Below are positions 1-9,068 of a stretch of DNA of 64,000 bases, piece after piece (positions within the stretch are counted from its first letter, which is position 1; the number at the start of each line of letters is the position of its first letter). The stretch spans positions 896,001-960,000 of the forward strand of contig CAWIIP010000002.1 of NCBI GenBank assembly GCA_963836235.1, read 5' to 3'. Below the pieces are notes generated by a model that was not told the DNA's origin, ran no database searches, and saw nothing but the letters and a program-made list of their open reading frames with translations. A program made the position numbers and the translations under genes. Source of the DNA: an uncultured Pseudomonadota bacterium (GTDB lineage: Bacteria > Oederibacteriota > Muellerivitia > Muellerivitales > Muellerivitaceae).

Positions 1-507
1 ATTGGGAAGCGCGCTCACGCCAAGATTCTGGAGTTTCTTGCGCACATAACCCTGCGTAAAGGGATGATGATGGTGGGCCACGTTGCTCCCGGTGGGTTGG
101 ACGGAAACAAAACGGGAGGGATTTAACCTTTGGACCGGACGGGAGGAAACGGGCCTATCACCGGTAGGGGCCGGATTGGTGGCCTGAAAGTCGGTAGGGG
201 AAGTGCGCAAGATCGGCTGGCTTTGGAAACCTGACGAGGGGGCGTTCCAACGGGTCGTCCGGTTGGGATCCGGGTTCCCAACGTTATTGTGAAAAGTCTG
301 GTGGCTCAAGTCGATTTGGGCCGGAGCGGGGACGCTTGCCGGATTGCTTCGAGGGGCGGGCTCAGGCCGGGCTTGGGGCGCCGGCGCGGAACGGACCGGT
401 TCCGGTCTTTCCACGGGCTTGGCCGCATCATCGTGGCGGTCTTGGGCAAAAGAAGTGAGTTGGGGGAGAAATGCCATCGCGAAAACTAAAATCCATATCG
501 GCTTCAT
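1..507 (-). CDS. Secreted Pro-rich hypothetical protein, 5' part only (runs off the left edge)
   Basis: Not in the ORF track. Manual translation from ATG 507 is open to base 1: MKPIWILVFAMAFLPQLTSFA|QDRHDD (signal peptide), Pro-rich stretch, HHHH motif. Confidence 0.75.
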   Translation of the reverse strand, partial: MKPIWILVFAMAFLPQLTSFAQDRHDDAAKPVERPEPVRSAPAPQARPEPAPRSNPASVPAPAQIDLSHQTFHNNVGNPDPNRTTRWNAPSSGFQSQPILRTSPTDFQATNPAPTGDRPVSSRPVQRLNPSRFVSVQPTGSNVAHHHHPFTQGYVRKKLQNLGVSALPN

Positions 508-599
508 GGGACGCCTTTCAAATGAGGTTTCCACCGTTTGAGGTCTCGTTACTTTAGACGATAAATCCGGTTTATTCGACTTGGTTTTTGACGGATAAA

Positions 600-616
600 T
601 TCACATTTAATTAACA
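600..616 (+). promoter_or_regulatory. Pho-box-like direct repeat TTCACA-N5-TTAACA
   Basis: 11-bp-spaced TT(A/C)ACA repeat matching the PhoP-type consensus, upstream of a phosphatase gene. Confidence 0.55.
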
Positions 617-687
617 TGGTTCCTATCGCTACCCTGGCTCATAAAAAAGAAAATACATTTTATTTTCTCCCTAAAAGGTGGTCCGAA

Positions 688-3369
688 ATGATTTCCTCTC
701 GCTTCTTTCTCGCTTTTTTACTGGTCTTCCTGGGGGCCTGCCTTCCCGCCCTGGCCCTGGATGACGACGACACCCCCGGCCTGGATGTCCCCGGCCAAGA
801 GCAAAGGCTGAATTCAGAAATCTGGCGTTTCGCCAAGAACACCTCTTTTGAGGTCGTCCAAAAAGACTTGGAGGCCAAACACAATGAATCCCGTAAAACT
901 GTCCCGACTGAAGTCACGCTCCCTAACGGTTGGCGGATGGCTCCCGCCGGGAAACAATTGGAATTAGGCCGCTACCCCATGGTCATCACCCCCTTCGCGG
1001 GGAACTTGGTAGTATTGAACAATGGCTATTACGTGGAAACCAACCCGGAAATCTCGGTGGTAAGCGGGGACGGCACCCATGTGTTGAAAACCTTCACCTC
1101 TCCCTCTCTCTTTCCCTGCGCCAGAGTCAGCCAGGACAGCTATCTTTACGTGAGCGGTGGCTACGACCAGACCATTCGGGGCTATAACGAAAATTTCGAG
1201 GAGAAAAAGGATTTCACCGTCAATGGTTTCACGGCGGGCCTCGTCCCCCTGGATAAGAAAACCCTCGCCGCGGCCTATCTGCTTCTGGATGACAGCAAGG
1301 GAGGCTACAAGACCCGTGGCCGCCTGGCTTTGATCGATACGGAAACAGGCGAGATAAAAGATGAACTGGACTGCGGCCGCATGCCCTATGCCTTGGAGTT
1401 TCAGGATGGGAAGCTATGGGTCAGCCTGCTTCAAGATAACCAGGTGGCGGCCTATGCGGTAAGGGGCAACCGGTTAAAACTCCTGACCACTCTCCAGGTG
1501 GGAACCAACCCCACTGCCTTCGCGGCCGACCCTGCCCAACACCGGCTTTACGTCATGAACCAGAATTCGGACGAAATCTCCGTCCTCAATACGCTCACCC
1601 TTAAAAAAACCGATTCCTGGAACCTTCGCCAAGGTGGGTTTAAGTTCGGGGCCGCTCCTACTTCCGGCTACGTGAAGGGTGATCGCCTTTACGTTACCCT
1701 CTCACGGTATAACGCGGTAGCCGTCATCGATACGAAGGACGGTCAAGTAGCGGGTTATATTCCCACCGGCTGGTATCCCACCTATGTTACCGGCAACGAG
1801 AATAATCTTTATACCCTTAGCGCTAAAGGCATCCACGAACGCCGCCCCAACCCCAACGGCCCCCAGCCCACGAAAAAGCGGGAGGAACCGGGTTATGTCC
1901 TTACGCTACTTAAGGGAACCTTGGGTACCATTCCATTCAGTGATTTGGACTCGAACCTGTCAGATTGGAATAAGCAAGTTACTGACGCCTCACCTTTTTA
2001 TGACCCGGCGCAAGGATTAAAACTGCCCATCAAATATGTCTTTTACATCGTCAAGGAAAACCGAACTTATGATCAGGTACTGGGGGATATGCCAAGCGGC
2101 AACACCGATAAGGACCTCTGCCTCTTCGGCAGGGACGTCACCCCCAACCATCATCGTTTGGCCGAGGATTTTGTGAACCTGGATAATTTTTACGTGGATG
2201 GAGAAATCAGCGTCCTGGGCCACAGTTACACCACCAGCGGTTACGCCAGCCCCTTCCTGGAATGGCTGGGCATGAATGATTATTCGGGAAGGCTGGGCAC
2301 CAAGGATGCCAAGAACCCCCGTAAGAACGAGGATTTCTGGCCCTTCGGCACGGTTCCCTTCACCTTTTCCCCCAGCTACCTTTGGGACGCCATGGATGCC
2401 AAGTCCCTGGACTACCGTATTTACGGCGAGGATTTTTACTTTTACTGCAAGCCCTACCGCCTCTTAACCGACAAATTCGGCGAGGACAGCCCCCTCGCCC
2501 GCAAGTGCTACGACCGTTTCATGGAATATTCCAAGGACAAGAAAAGGGACACGGTCTTCCAGGAAATGATGAAGGGATTCGAGGGAAGGAATCTCACGAA
2601 GAACGGATGCCAAAAACTTTTGGCGGACCCGGATTTCCTGAAGAAGTTCTCGGAGTTTTACAGCGGGGATGACAGCCTCAGCCAGGCCATCAAAGCGGAC
2701 CCGGCATTCAAATCCCAATGGGCGGATTTCCTCTACCACTGCTCCTTTAATTTCGCGGGCTGGGACCTGGCCTATTCGGATTTGAAACGGGTGGCCGTCT
2801 GGCAGGATGATTTCAATCAACAGGTCGAGAAGAACCAGGTTTTGCCTCTCCAATACATCTGGCTTCCCAACGACCATACGGCGGGGATGGACCCCAAATC
2901 CTTGAATCCCAACCAGCTAGTGGCCCAGAACGACGCGGCGGTGGGCTCGATTCTGGATACCTTGTCGAAGAGCCCTATCTGGAAGGAAAGCCTGGTAGTG
3001 GTCATCGAGGATGATTCGCAAAACGGGCCCGACCATGTGGACGCCATGCGCAGTTTCGCTCTTTGCGCGGGCCCTTATGTGAAGCGCCGGGTGGTGGTCA
3101 GCGACCTCTATGATCAGTTGGGTCTCTTGAGGACGATGGAGTTGATCTTGGGATTGGACCCCCTGAACATGAATGACGGCATGGCCGCGCCCCTGTTTTC
3201 TATTTTCACGGACAAGCCCGACGATCGCCCCTACCGGACCCCCGATCCCTCCCGCTACCTGACCGCGGAGGATAAGGATCTGTACCGCTATCTTTTAGAG
3301 TCCAAAAAAGACAAGCCTCTGTCGGAAATCCTGGGTCAAAAGGGAATCACCCCGGCGGACATTCGTTAA
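688..3369 (+). CDS. Bifunctional YncE-family beta-propeller / alkaline phosphatase-superfamily (phosphoesterase) protein
   Basis: Signal peptide from ATG 688 (AAGGTG upstream). YVTN-like repeats; motifs IKYVFYIVKENRTYDQVLGD, LPNDHT, IEDDSQNGPDHVD. Confidence 0.88.
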   Translation: MISSRFFLAFLLVFLGACLPALALDDDDTPGLDVPGQEQRLNSEIWRFAKNTSFEVVQKDLEAKHNESRKTVPTEVTLPNGWRMAPAGKQLELGRYPMVITPFAGNLVVLNNGYYVETNPEISVVSGDGTHVLKTFTSPSLFPCARVSQDSYLYVSGGYDQTIRGYNENFEEKKDFTVNGFTAGLVPLDKKTLAAAYLLLDDSKGGYKTRGRLALIDTETGEIKDELDCGRMPYALEFQDGKLWVSLLQDNQVAAYAVRGNRLKLLTTLQVGTNPTAFAADPAQHRLYVMNQNSDEISVLNTLTLKKTDSWNLRQGGFKFGAAPTSGYVKGDRLYVTLSRYNAVAVIDTKDGQVAGYIPTGWYPTYVTGNENNLYTLSAKGIHERRPNPNGPQPTKKREEPGYVLTLLKGTLGTIPFSDLDSNLSDWNKQVTDASPFYDPAQGLKLPIKYVFYIVKENRTYDQVLGDMPSGNTDKDLCLFGRDVTPNHHRLAEDFVNLDNFYVDGEISVLGHSYTTSGYASPFLEWLGMNDYSGRLGTKDAKNPRKNEDFWPFGTVPFTFSPSYLWDAMDAKSLDYRIYGEDFYFYCKPYRLLTDKFGEDSPLARKCYDRFMEYSKDKKRDTVFQEMMKGFEGRNLTKNGCQKLLADPDFLKKFSEFYSGDDSLSQAIKADPAFKSQWADFLYHCSFNFAGWDLAYSDLKRVAVWQDDFNQQVEKNQVLPLQYIWLPNDHTAGMDPKSLNPNQLVAQNDAAVGSILDTLSKSPIWKESLVVVIEDDSQNGPDHVDAMRSFALCAGPYVKRRVVVSDLYDQLGLLRTMELILGLDPLNMNDGMAAPLFSIFTDKPDDRPYRTPDPSRYLTAEDKDLYRYLLESKKDKPLSEILGQKGITPADIR

Positions 3370-3400
3370 TAAAGAACCCGGACCCATCTATTAAGTAGGC

Positions 3401-4915
3401 TTAGTGGATGACCGCCAATTGATGGGTGACCGATTGGGCGCCGACGGTCACGCGGTAAATATAGAGCCCGCTGGCTAATTTCTGGCCCTCTGGGTTGGCC
3501 AAGTTCCAATCCACGTTGTTGGTTCCCGCCTGGGTTTGGGAGGGCTGTAAGGTTTCACCCCAAACAGCGGCGCCGGTAATGTCAAAAACCTGGATTTCCA
3601 CCTGCGAAGCGGACGGCAGTTGAAAGGTGAATTTGACGTCCCCTCCACGGGCTGGGTTCGGGTAGCAATAGGTCGTGTCCGCTGAAAAGGTGCCCCCTTT
3701 GGATTGGGAACCGCCCGGTGTCGGGGTGGGCTGGGCCGCGACGTTCAAGGCCAGAACCTTGAGACTGTTGGAACTCATGTGGCTGGTGGCCAGCGCCATG
3801 TTTCCCTGTCCGGTCACGTCCAGGGCGGCCACTTCCACGGGCCCGAAAGTGACGGCGGCATCCGACGAGACTTTCAAGGTTTGGTCGAGCGCGAATTGGA
3901 GGCCCGACCACTGGAAGATATCCAAGGAATCCGAGTCCCGGTTGGCCACGATGATTTCCGGGTTCCCTGTTCCCCCGAGGTCGGCCACGGTCAATCCGTT
4001 GGGATGGCTCCCGCTGGTGGCCACGGGGGCCTGGGCCAGGAGGCCGCCACCCGCCTGTTGCAGGAAAACCATGATCGAGTTCGTGGAGAAATCCGAGACC
4101 ACCATGTCGGTTTTCCCGTCGTGGTTCAGGTCGGCCAATTTTAAATCCGACGGCGAACTTCCCTGCGGGAGGCTGATGGCCAGGAGCATGGCGTAAGTTG
4201 AAGGATCGTCGCTTTTCACGGCCAACAGGTCGACCTTATCCGCCGAAAGGCAGACCACCGCAATCTCGTTGAACCCCGAACCGCTCAAGTCGCCCACGGC
4301 TACTTGGGTGGGACCCCCATCCACGGGAATATCGGTTCTCGTTCCCAGCTTTCCGTTTTTCACCGGGTAGATGGAGATGCTGTTCGCCCCGTAATCGGCG
4401 ACCACGACGAAAGGCGTTCCTCCGGTGCGGGTCAGGCCGGCCGCGACACCCACGGGCATATTCAAGGTCGGCGCTTGGTCGATTGCGATGAACTTCCCGC
4501 CCTGCCATCCGAAGATTTGGAGCAGGTTGGCGTCGTAAGCGGTCGCCAGGATATTGTCCGGCCCACCAGGCGTTAATTTGAAAGAGGAAAGGCCCCGGGG
4601 GCTGGCGGCCGTCGGTAGGGTGGCGCTCAGAACCAGGCCGTTGGAAGAAGGCGCAAAAACCTGGAGGGATGAGTTTCCGAGGGACAAGACCGAAGCGGGG
4701 GTCGATTGCCCGATAAAAGTTGGCGATCCGAAGTTGGCCACGATCAGGTCCTTGGTTCCATTGCCGAAGACGTCGCCGGTGGCCACGCCCCGGGGGCTGA
4801 CGCCGGTATTAAGGGAAATGAAGGGTTGAAAGGGATGAGGCACGGCGAAGAGGGCGTTCGGAATGAAACCAGCTAAAAATAACAACCCCAATAGGAAATG
4901 GCTTTTTTTCATCAT
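3401..4915 (-). CDS. FG-GAP/VCBS repeat beta-propeller protein with C-terminal T9SS-type/FlgD Ig-like domain
   Basis: Repeats GDVFGNGTKDLIVAN, ADLNHDGKTDMVV; C-terminus YPNP...ASGLYIYRV. Start ATG 4915 with GGAGG-like RBS. Confidence 0.85.
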   Translation of the reverse strand: MMKKSHFLLGLLFLAGFIPNALFAVPHPFQPFISLNTGVSPRGVATGDVFGNGTKDLIVANFGSPTFIGQSTPASVLSLGNSSLQVFAPSSNGLVLSATLPTAASPRGLSSFKLTPGGPDNILATAYDANLLQIFGWQGGKFIAIDQAPTLNMPVGVAAGLTRTGGTPFVVVADYGANSISIYPVKNGKLGTRTDIPVDGGPTQVAVGDLSGSGFNEIAVVCLSADKVDLLAVKSDDPSTYAMLLAISLPQGSSPSDLKLADLNHDGKTDMVVSDFSTNSIMVFLQQAGGGLLAQAPVATSGSHPNGLTVADLGGTGNPEIIVANRDSDSLDIFQWSGLQFALDQTLKVSSDAAVTFGPVEVAALDVTGQGNMALATSHMSSNSLKVLALNVAAQPTPTPGGSQSKGGTFSADTTYCYPNPARGGDVKFTFQLPSASQVEIQVFDITGAAVWGETLQPSQTQAGTNNVDWNLANPEGQKLASGLYIYRVTVGAQSVTHQLAVIH

Positions 4916-5156
4916 ACCCTCCCCGTCAAAAGGTAAGGCTGTTAGCCTCCAAAAATAGATCAAATCTGATTGTACCAAAAAATCGAAAAATCGGCTGAAC
5001 GGGCACGTTAAATTGAACTTTTGGAGAAAGTTTGACGATAGAAAAACAGGAATATTTCGATCGTTTTCCAGGAATTCTTCGGCTTACCTGTCCAAATAGA
5101 AGGACGGCTTCTAAGATGGGATGACGGGAAGAAGTTTCATTCCAAGTTTATCCGCC

Positions 5157-6545
5157 TTATTGGTAGCACTGCTTGTAGGAGTCGGGGTCCAGGTTCAAAT
5201 GCGCGCAGCCGAAAAACCTCCAGTTCGTCATGGTGACAGGGGGGTCGTTCGTGCAGGAAACCGGCATGTATTGGATGAACTTGGCCCTTACCACCGGATC
5301 GTTTTCAATGGCATTGGCCAGGGAAATCAAGCTGTCCGCGTTGTAACCGGGCAGGGAATAGGCTTGCTTGAAATCATATTCCAGCTTCCATTGGGGGCTG
5401 GGCGCGTCGAGAGGCAGGTAGTAGGTGGCCATGTCTTCCAATTCCCCGCTTTGGGTGTCATAGAGCATGACTTGAAAACCGGGATTGTTGCGGCGAACCG
5501 GGCTCACCGCCAGGGCGATATGGGTGAAAAAGGCCGCCTTCCCCTGATGATCCACCAGCACCCGGAAATCGTCCATGTGGGTATGGCCCGTGAATTCGGC
5601 GTCGATCAAGTCCCGGTAGGGGGACAAGGCATTTAGGAAGGACCAAAGGTAGTTCAAGTCGTAAAAAGTTTTCTGTGGGTTGACGCGGTCCTCGTGCTGG
5701 GACGCGTTGCGGCTGTGGACGCCCGGGGGCATGTGGGTAATCAGGGTGATCCTTTCCTGTTTTCGCCGGGCTTCTTTAAGGACGCCTTCCATCCAATTCA
5801 TTTCATCCTGCCCGATCGTTTCGGATTCGTGGCAAGCGGGCTCGTACTTCTTCGACCAGGAAACGTCGTTGAAGACCAAGAAACGCCTTCCCTTGAGGGT
5901 GGGATGGGCCACGGTGTAATAGCCGCCCTGAAGGAAAGTTTTCACCGCCTCCGGATCGCCCGCGACGGTCGCCCATTCCTTCGCCAATGTCGGAAGGAAG
6001 GGTGAGTCCGGGGTGAGGCCCCCATAATCGTCGCAGTCCGAATCGTTGTTGCCCAGGCAGAAATAGACCGGGATATGGGGGAAAGCCTGCTGAATCTGGC
6101 GGCTGACGAAGACGACCGTCTTCAGGACGAAATCCTGGTAGGCCTTGTCGCCGGTGTGGAGGTTTTTGGTGAAATCCGCCCGGAACCCGTGGGAAATGTA
6201 ATCGCCGTTCACCAGGACGTAGTCACATTGGCCGTCCAGCTTGGCCGCCGCGTCCAAACTGGACCGCAAGAGCGGATAGTTGCTGTCCTTGCCATAGGCC
6301 GAAAATTGGCTGATCTTGGAGGTTTCAAAGATGGATTGCCATTGATCCACCGGCGAGGCCGCCAGCTGGGAAACCAGCGAGGGATCGGCGTAAGGGTCGA
6401 AATGAATATCCGACAGGATAAGGAAGGTGCCCTCATGGGGTGATGGTGTCCAGGGCAAACCTTCCGCCCAACCGGCTTGGACAGTTGAAATCAACAAGGC
6501 CCAAAAAACAAAAAAAACAAACAACCGGCTCCTTCTTGAACGCAT
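5157..6545 (-). CDS. Calcineurin-like metallophosphoesterase (acid sphingomyelinase-like), secreted
   Basis: Motifs SDIHFDP, NGD, GNND, THMPP, GHTHMD; AGGAGG RBS before ATG 6545. Confidence 0.88.
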   Translation of the reverse strand: MRSRRSRLFVFFVFWALLISTVQAGWAEGLPWTPSPHEGTFLILSDIHFDPYADPSLVSQLAASPVDQWQSIFETSKISQFSAYGKDSNYPLLRSSLDAAAKLDGQCDYVLVNGDYISHGFRADFTKNLHTGDKAYQDFVLKTVVFVSRQIQQAFPHIPVYFCLGNNDSDCDDYGGLTPDSPFLPTLAKEWATVAGDPEAVKTFLQGGYYTVAHPTLKGRRFLVFNDVSWSKKYEPACHESETIGQDEMNWMEGVLKEARRKQERITLITHMPPGVHSRNASQHEDRVNPQKTFYDLNYLWSFLNALSPYRDLIDAEFTGHTHMDDFRVLVDHQGKAAFFTHIALAVSPVRRNNPGFQVMLYDTQSGELEDMATYYLPLDAPSPQWKLEYDFKQAYSLPGYNADSLISLANAIENDPVVRAKFIQYMPVSCTNDPPVTMTNWRFFGCAHLNLDPDSYKQCYQ

Positions 6546-6570
6546 CACAACCTCCTGAAACTTTGGATAC

Positions 6571-6606
6571 AAAAAGAAAAGCCCGGGGTTATTTAATCCC
6601 CAGGCT
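6571..6606 (-). terminator. Intrinsic terminator
   Basis: AGCCCGGGG/CCCCAGGCT stem with a U-tract on the minus strand after the 6629 stop. Confidence 0.65.
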
Positions 6607-6628
6607 CTTCCTCGCGCATGTCTTTTAC

Positions 6629-8923
6629 TTAAGGAGTTGCTGTCGGAGTAGCGGTAGCCGTATCCGTCGGCGTATCCGTTGGCGTACTGGTGGGTGTTGA
6701 GGTGTAGTTATAGTTGGTCGGCGGAACGGTACCCGTCCAACCCGCGCTTCCATTCGCGCAAACCACCAGCGGACCGGAATCCAAGCCCAAACTGGCCGTG
6801 GGTTTTGAGGCGCTATAGGTCGGTATATTCCCATCCACCACCCAATCGGCTGGGTTCACGACCGCCGACAAGCTCGATTCGCAGGTGTTCAAGACCGCGT
6901 TATCGTTGCCTTGGGCCGCTAGGCTTTCAAGGCTGTTGCTGTTCCAGGCGCTGGAAAGGTCCGTCGTTGTCGTGGAGTCCAAACCCGTCGGAAGATTTGA
7001 ATCGTAGAAGGTAACCGGCACGGTTCCGTTAGGAAGCCAGCTATCGGGCCCGAAGATCAAGCCCGCCACATATTGGGTAACGCCGGCGCTGACCGTGAAG
7101 GCCAGGATCTTATGGCCTAACCCATTATGGTTAAGCGTCAGGTTGCCGGACGCGGTCCCACCCTGCAACAGGTTGGGGTCATTGGCGACTTTGGAGATGA
7201 CGACCGGGACGTAACTGCCCAGGCCCGTCGCCGAGGCCGTGTAGGAAACGACGCTCTCGACGATCGTGACCGAGTCGGCGCCGACGGTGACATTATTGCT
7301 GAACAAAGCCCCGCTGGTGGCGTTATAGCCCTCATTGGTGAAATAAACCACTTGGCTCGCGGGCAAGCCGTTGGGCGCGACGAAACTGAACTCACTGCTC
7401 CCATTCTGGACAAAGCCCGTGAAGGCGATGGAACCCGGGGTCAAATTGGGTAAGGGAGTACTGGTAACGGTCACCGTAGGACTGTTGGTAAGCGTGGCGG
7501 TGATGGTAGAAGTGGCTGTTTGGGTGGGCGTACCGGTCGGAGTGCTGGTGATGGCGGGAGTATTCGTGATGGTATCCGTGATGGTATCCGTCGCCGTGTC
7601 CGTTGGCGTGTTGGTGGGTGTGGCTGTGGAAGCCCCCCAGATATTGCTGGCGACGACCGTGACTCCGTGGGACAGCAAGGCGCCCGCTTTATTACTCGTC
7701 ACGTCGGCGGTTTGGGGAGCCGTCGGCCCGATGACCACATAAGGGTCACCCGCCTGGATGGCCTGGAACGGCTCGTTCGATAACCCCGTCGCCGGGTTGG
7801 GGTCCAGGTAGAGCAAAACATAAACCGATGAGCTTGAATTCAAGTCCTTCAGGCACGAAACGTTCATATTGCCCGTCGTGAAAGACCCCCAATCGTTCGC
7901 CGGGGTCTGGTTGGAGGGCCCGGTCCCATAAACCTGCGGGTCGTTCATGAAAACCTGCGCCCAGAAGTAATAAGATGTCCCACTGATGGTGACGGCGTCA
8001 CTCCCGGACAAAGTTAAAAGGGCTCCCCCTGATGTCAAGGAGGCTTGGGGTTTACCCGAGAACCCCACGTCGCTATAAGTGTCGCTTAAGGTGACCGCGA
8101 CACTGGCCCCGCCGGAGGGAACAATAACCGCCGTCGCGAGGTTGCCGCCGGCGTCCGTCCATGCGTAGTTGACCGCGCCGTTGTAGTTGTTGTTGACGAC
8201 GCCGTTGTACATGCCGGAGGGCGCCCCTACGACGGGGTTATTTTTCGGAATGGGGAAGGCTTGCCCGGCCCCGGTGATGTTCGCGTCCGCGCCGACGTAA
8301 TAAGTCCCGGTGGGCAGGGAGAGGGTGACCGAAGCGGGGGCGGGGGGAAGGGTCGACCAAGCGGTGCCCGGCTGGACAACCGTCAGCGGGGCGGATACGA
8401 AGGTTTGATCGGTGGAGACCTCAACGCCATAGACGCTGGTTCCGGTCACCCCCTGGGCGCCGGTGTAGCTCACCGTAATGACGAGGCCTGTATTGCCGGT
8501 CGGGGTAGGCGTCGCGGTGGAAGTGCTGGTCCTGGTATTGGTGGGTGAATAGGTCGGCGAGCTGGTGGGCGTTTGCGTCGGGGAACTCGTTGGGGTGTTC
8601 GTGGTGGCGGAAGTGGATGTTCCTGTCACCGTATTCGAAACGGTGAAAGTGGGGGAAAGAGAAGGCGTGGAACTAGGCGTTTGGGTTGGGGAAGAAGTAG
8701 AGGTGGCGATTCCCGTGCGGGTCGCGGTCGCGGAAGCGGTAGAGGTCGGCGTGGAAGTGGGGGTGCCCGTGGTACCGGAAGCGGGAGTAGGGGTATCCGT
8801 TGAGGATGGCGAGGTGGGGTTGTTCTTCCCCGGACAGCCAAAGCTCAAGAAGGCGAAAACCAAAAGAATACCTAAGAAAGAAACATAGCGGGTCATACTG
8901 AGCTGCTTTTGATTCAAATTCAT
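6629..8923 (-). CDS. Lipoprotein with Thr/Pro-rich stalks and C-terminal 'PGSIAFTG..VVYFTN' domain
   Basis: Lipobox SFG-C, TPT repeats, C-terminal domain paralogous to 9069..10142. Confidence 0.8.
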   Translation of the reverse strand: MNLNQKQLSMTRYVSFLGILLVFAFLSFGCPGKNNPTSPSSTDTPTPASGTTGTPTSTPTSTASATATRTGIATSTSSPTQTPSSTPSLSPTFTVSNTVTGTSTSATTNTPTSSPTQTPTSSPTYSPTNTRTSTSTATPTPTGNTGLVITVSYTGAQGVTGTSVYGVEVSTDQTFVSAPLTVVQPGTAWSTLPPAPASVTLSLPTGTYYVGADANITGAGQAFPIPKNNPVVGAPSGMYNGVVNNNYNGAVNYAWTDAGGNLATAVIVPSGGASVAVTLSDTYSDVGFSGKPQASLTSGGALLTLSGSDAVTISGTSYYFWAQVFMNDPQVYGTGPSNQTPANDWGSFTTGNMNVSCLKDLNSSSSVYVLLYLDPNPATGLSNEPFQAIQAGDPYVVIGPTAPQTADVTSNKAGALLSHGVTVVASNIWGASTATPTNTPTDTATDTITDTITNTPAITSTPTGTPTQTATSTITATLTNSPTVTVTSTPLPNLTPGSIAFTGFVQNGSSEFSFVAPNGLPASQVVYFTNEGYNATSGALFSNNVTVGADSVTIVESVVSYTASATGLGSYVPVVISKVANDPNLLQGGTASGNLTLNHNGLGHKILAFTVSAGVTQYVAGLIFGPDSWLPNGTVPVTFYDSNLPTGLDSTTTTDLSSAWNSNSLESLAAQGNDNAVLNTCESSLSAVVNPADWVVDGNIPTYSASKPTASLGLDSGPLVVCANGSAGWTGTVPPTNYNYTSTPTSTPTDTPTDTATATPTATP

Positions 8924-8955
8924 CTCGAACTCCTTCGTCTTGAACTTTTTAATTG

Positions 8956-8998
8956 CCGTATGGGAATCCCCGGCTAATGCCGGGGACCCCCACTACGG
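8956..8998. other. Strong intergenic hairpin
   Basis: TCCCCGGC-TAAT-GCCGGGGA with outer CCGTA/TACGG pairing; no clear U-tract. Confidence 0.45.
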
Positions 8999-9068
8999 TT
9001 CATACTCAACCAAGGTCATTCACATCCAATATGGGAACTCCAAACCCGCGACAAACCAAAGACGAATT

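Noticed and set aside
616-687. ORF-track start of the phosphatase at 616 (similarly extended starts for ispE, porin, rpsO and the giant GH5)
   Set aside because: Downstream starts have an RBS and place the signal peptide or conserved N-terminus correctly
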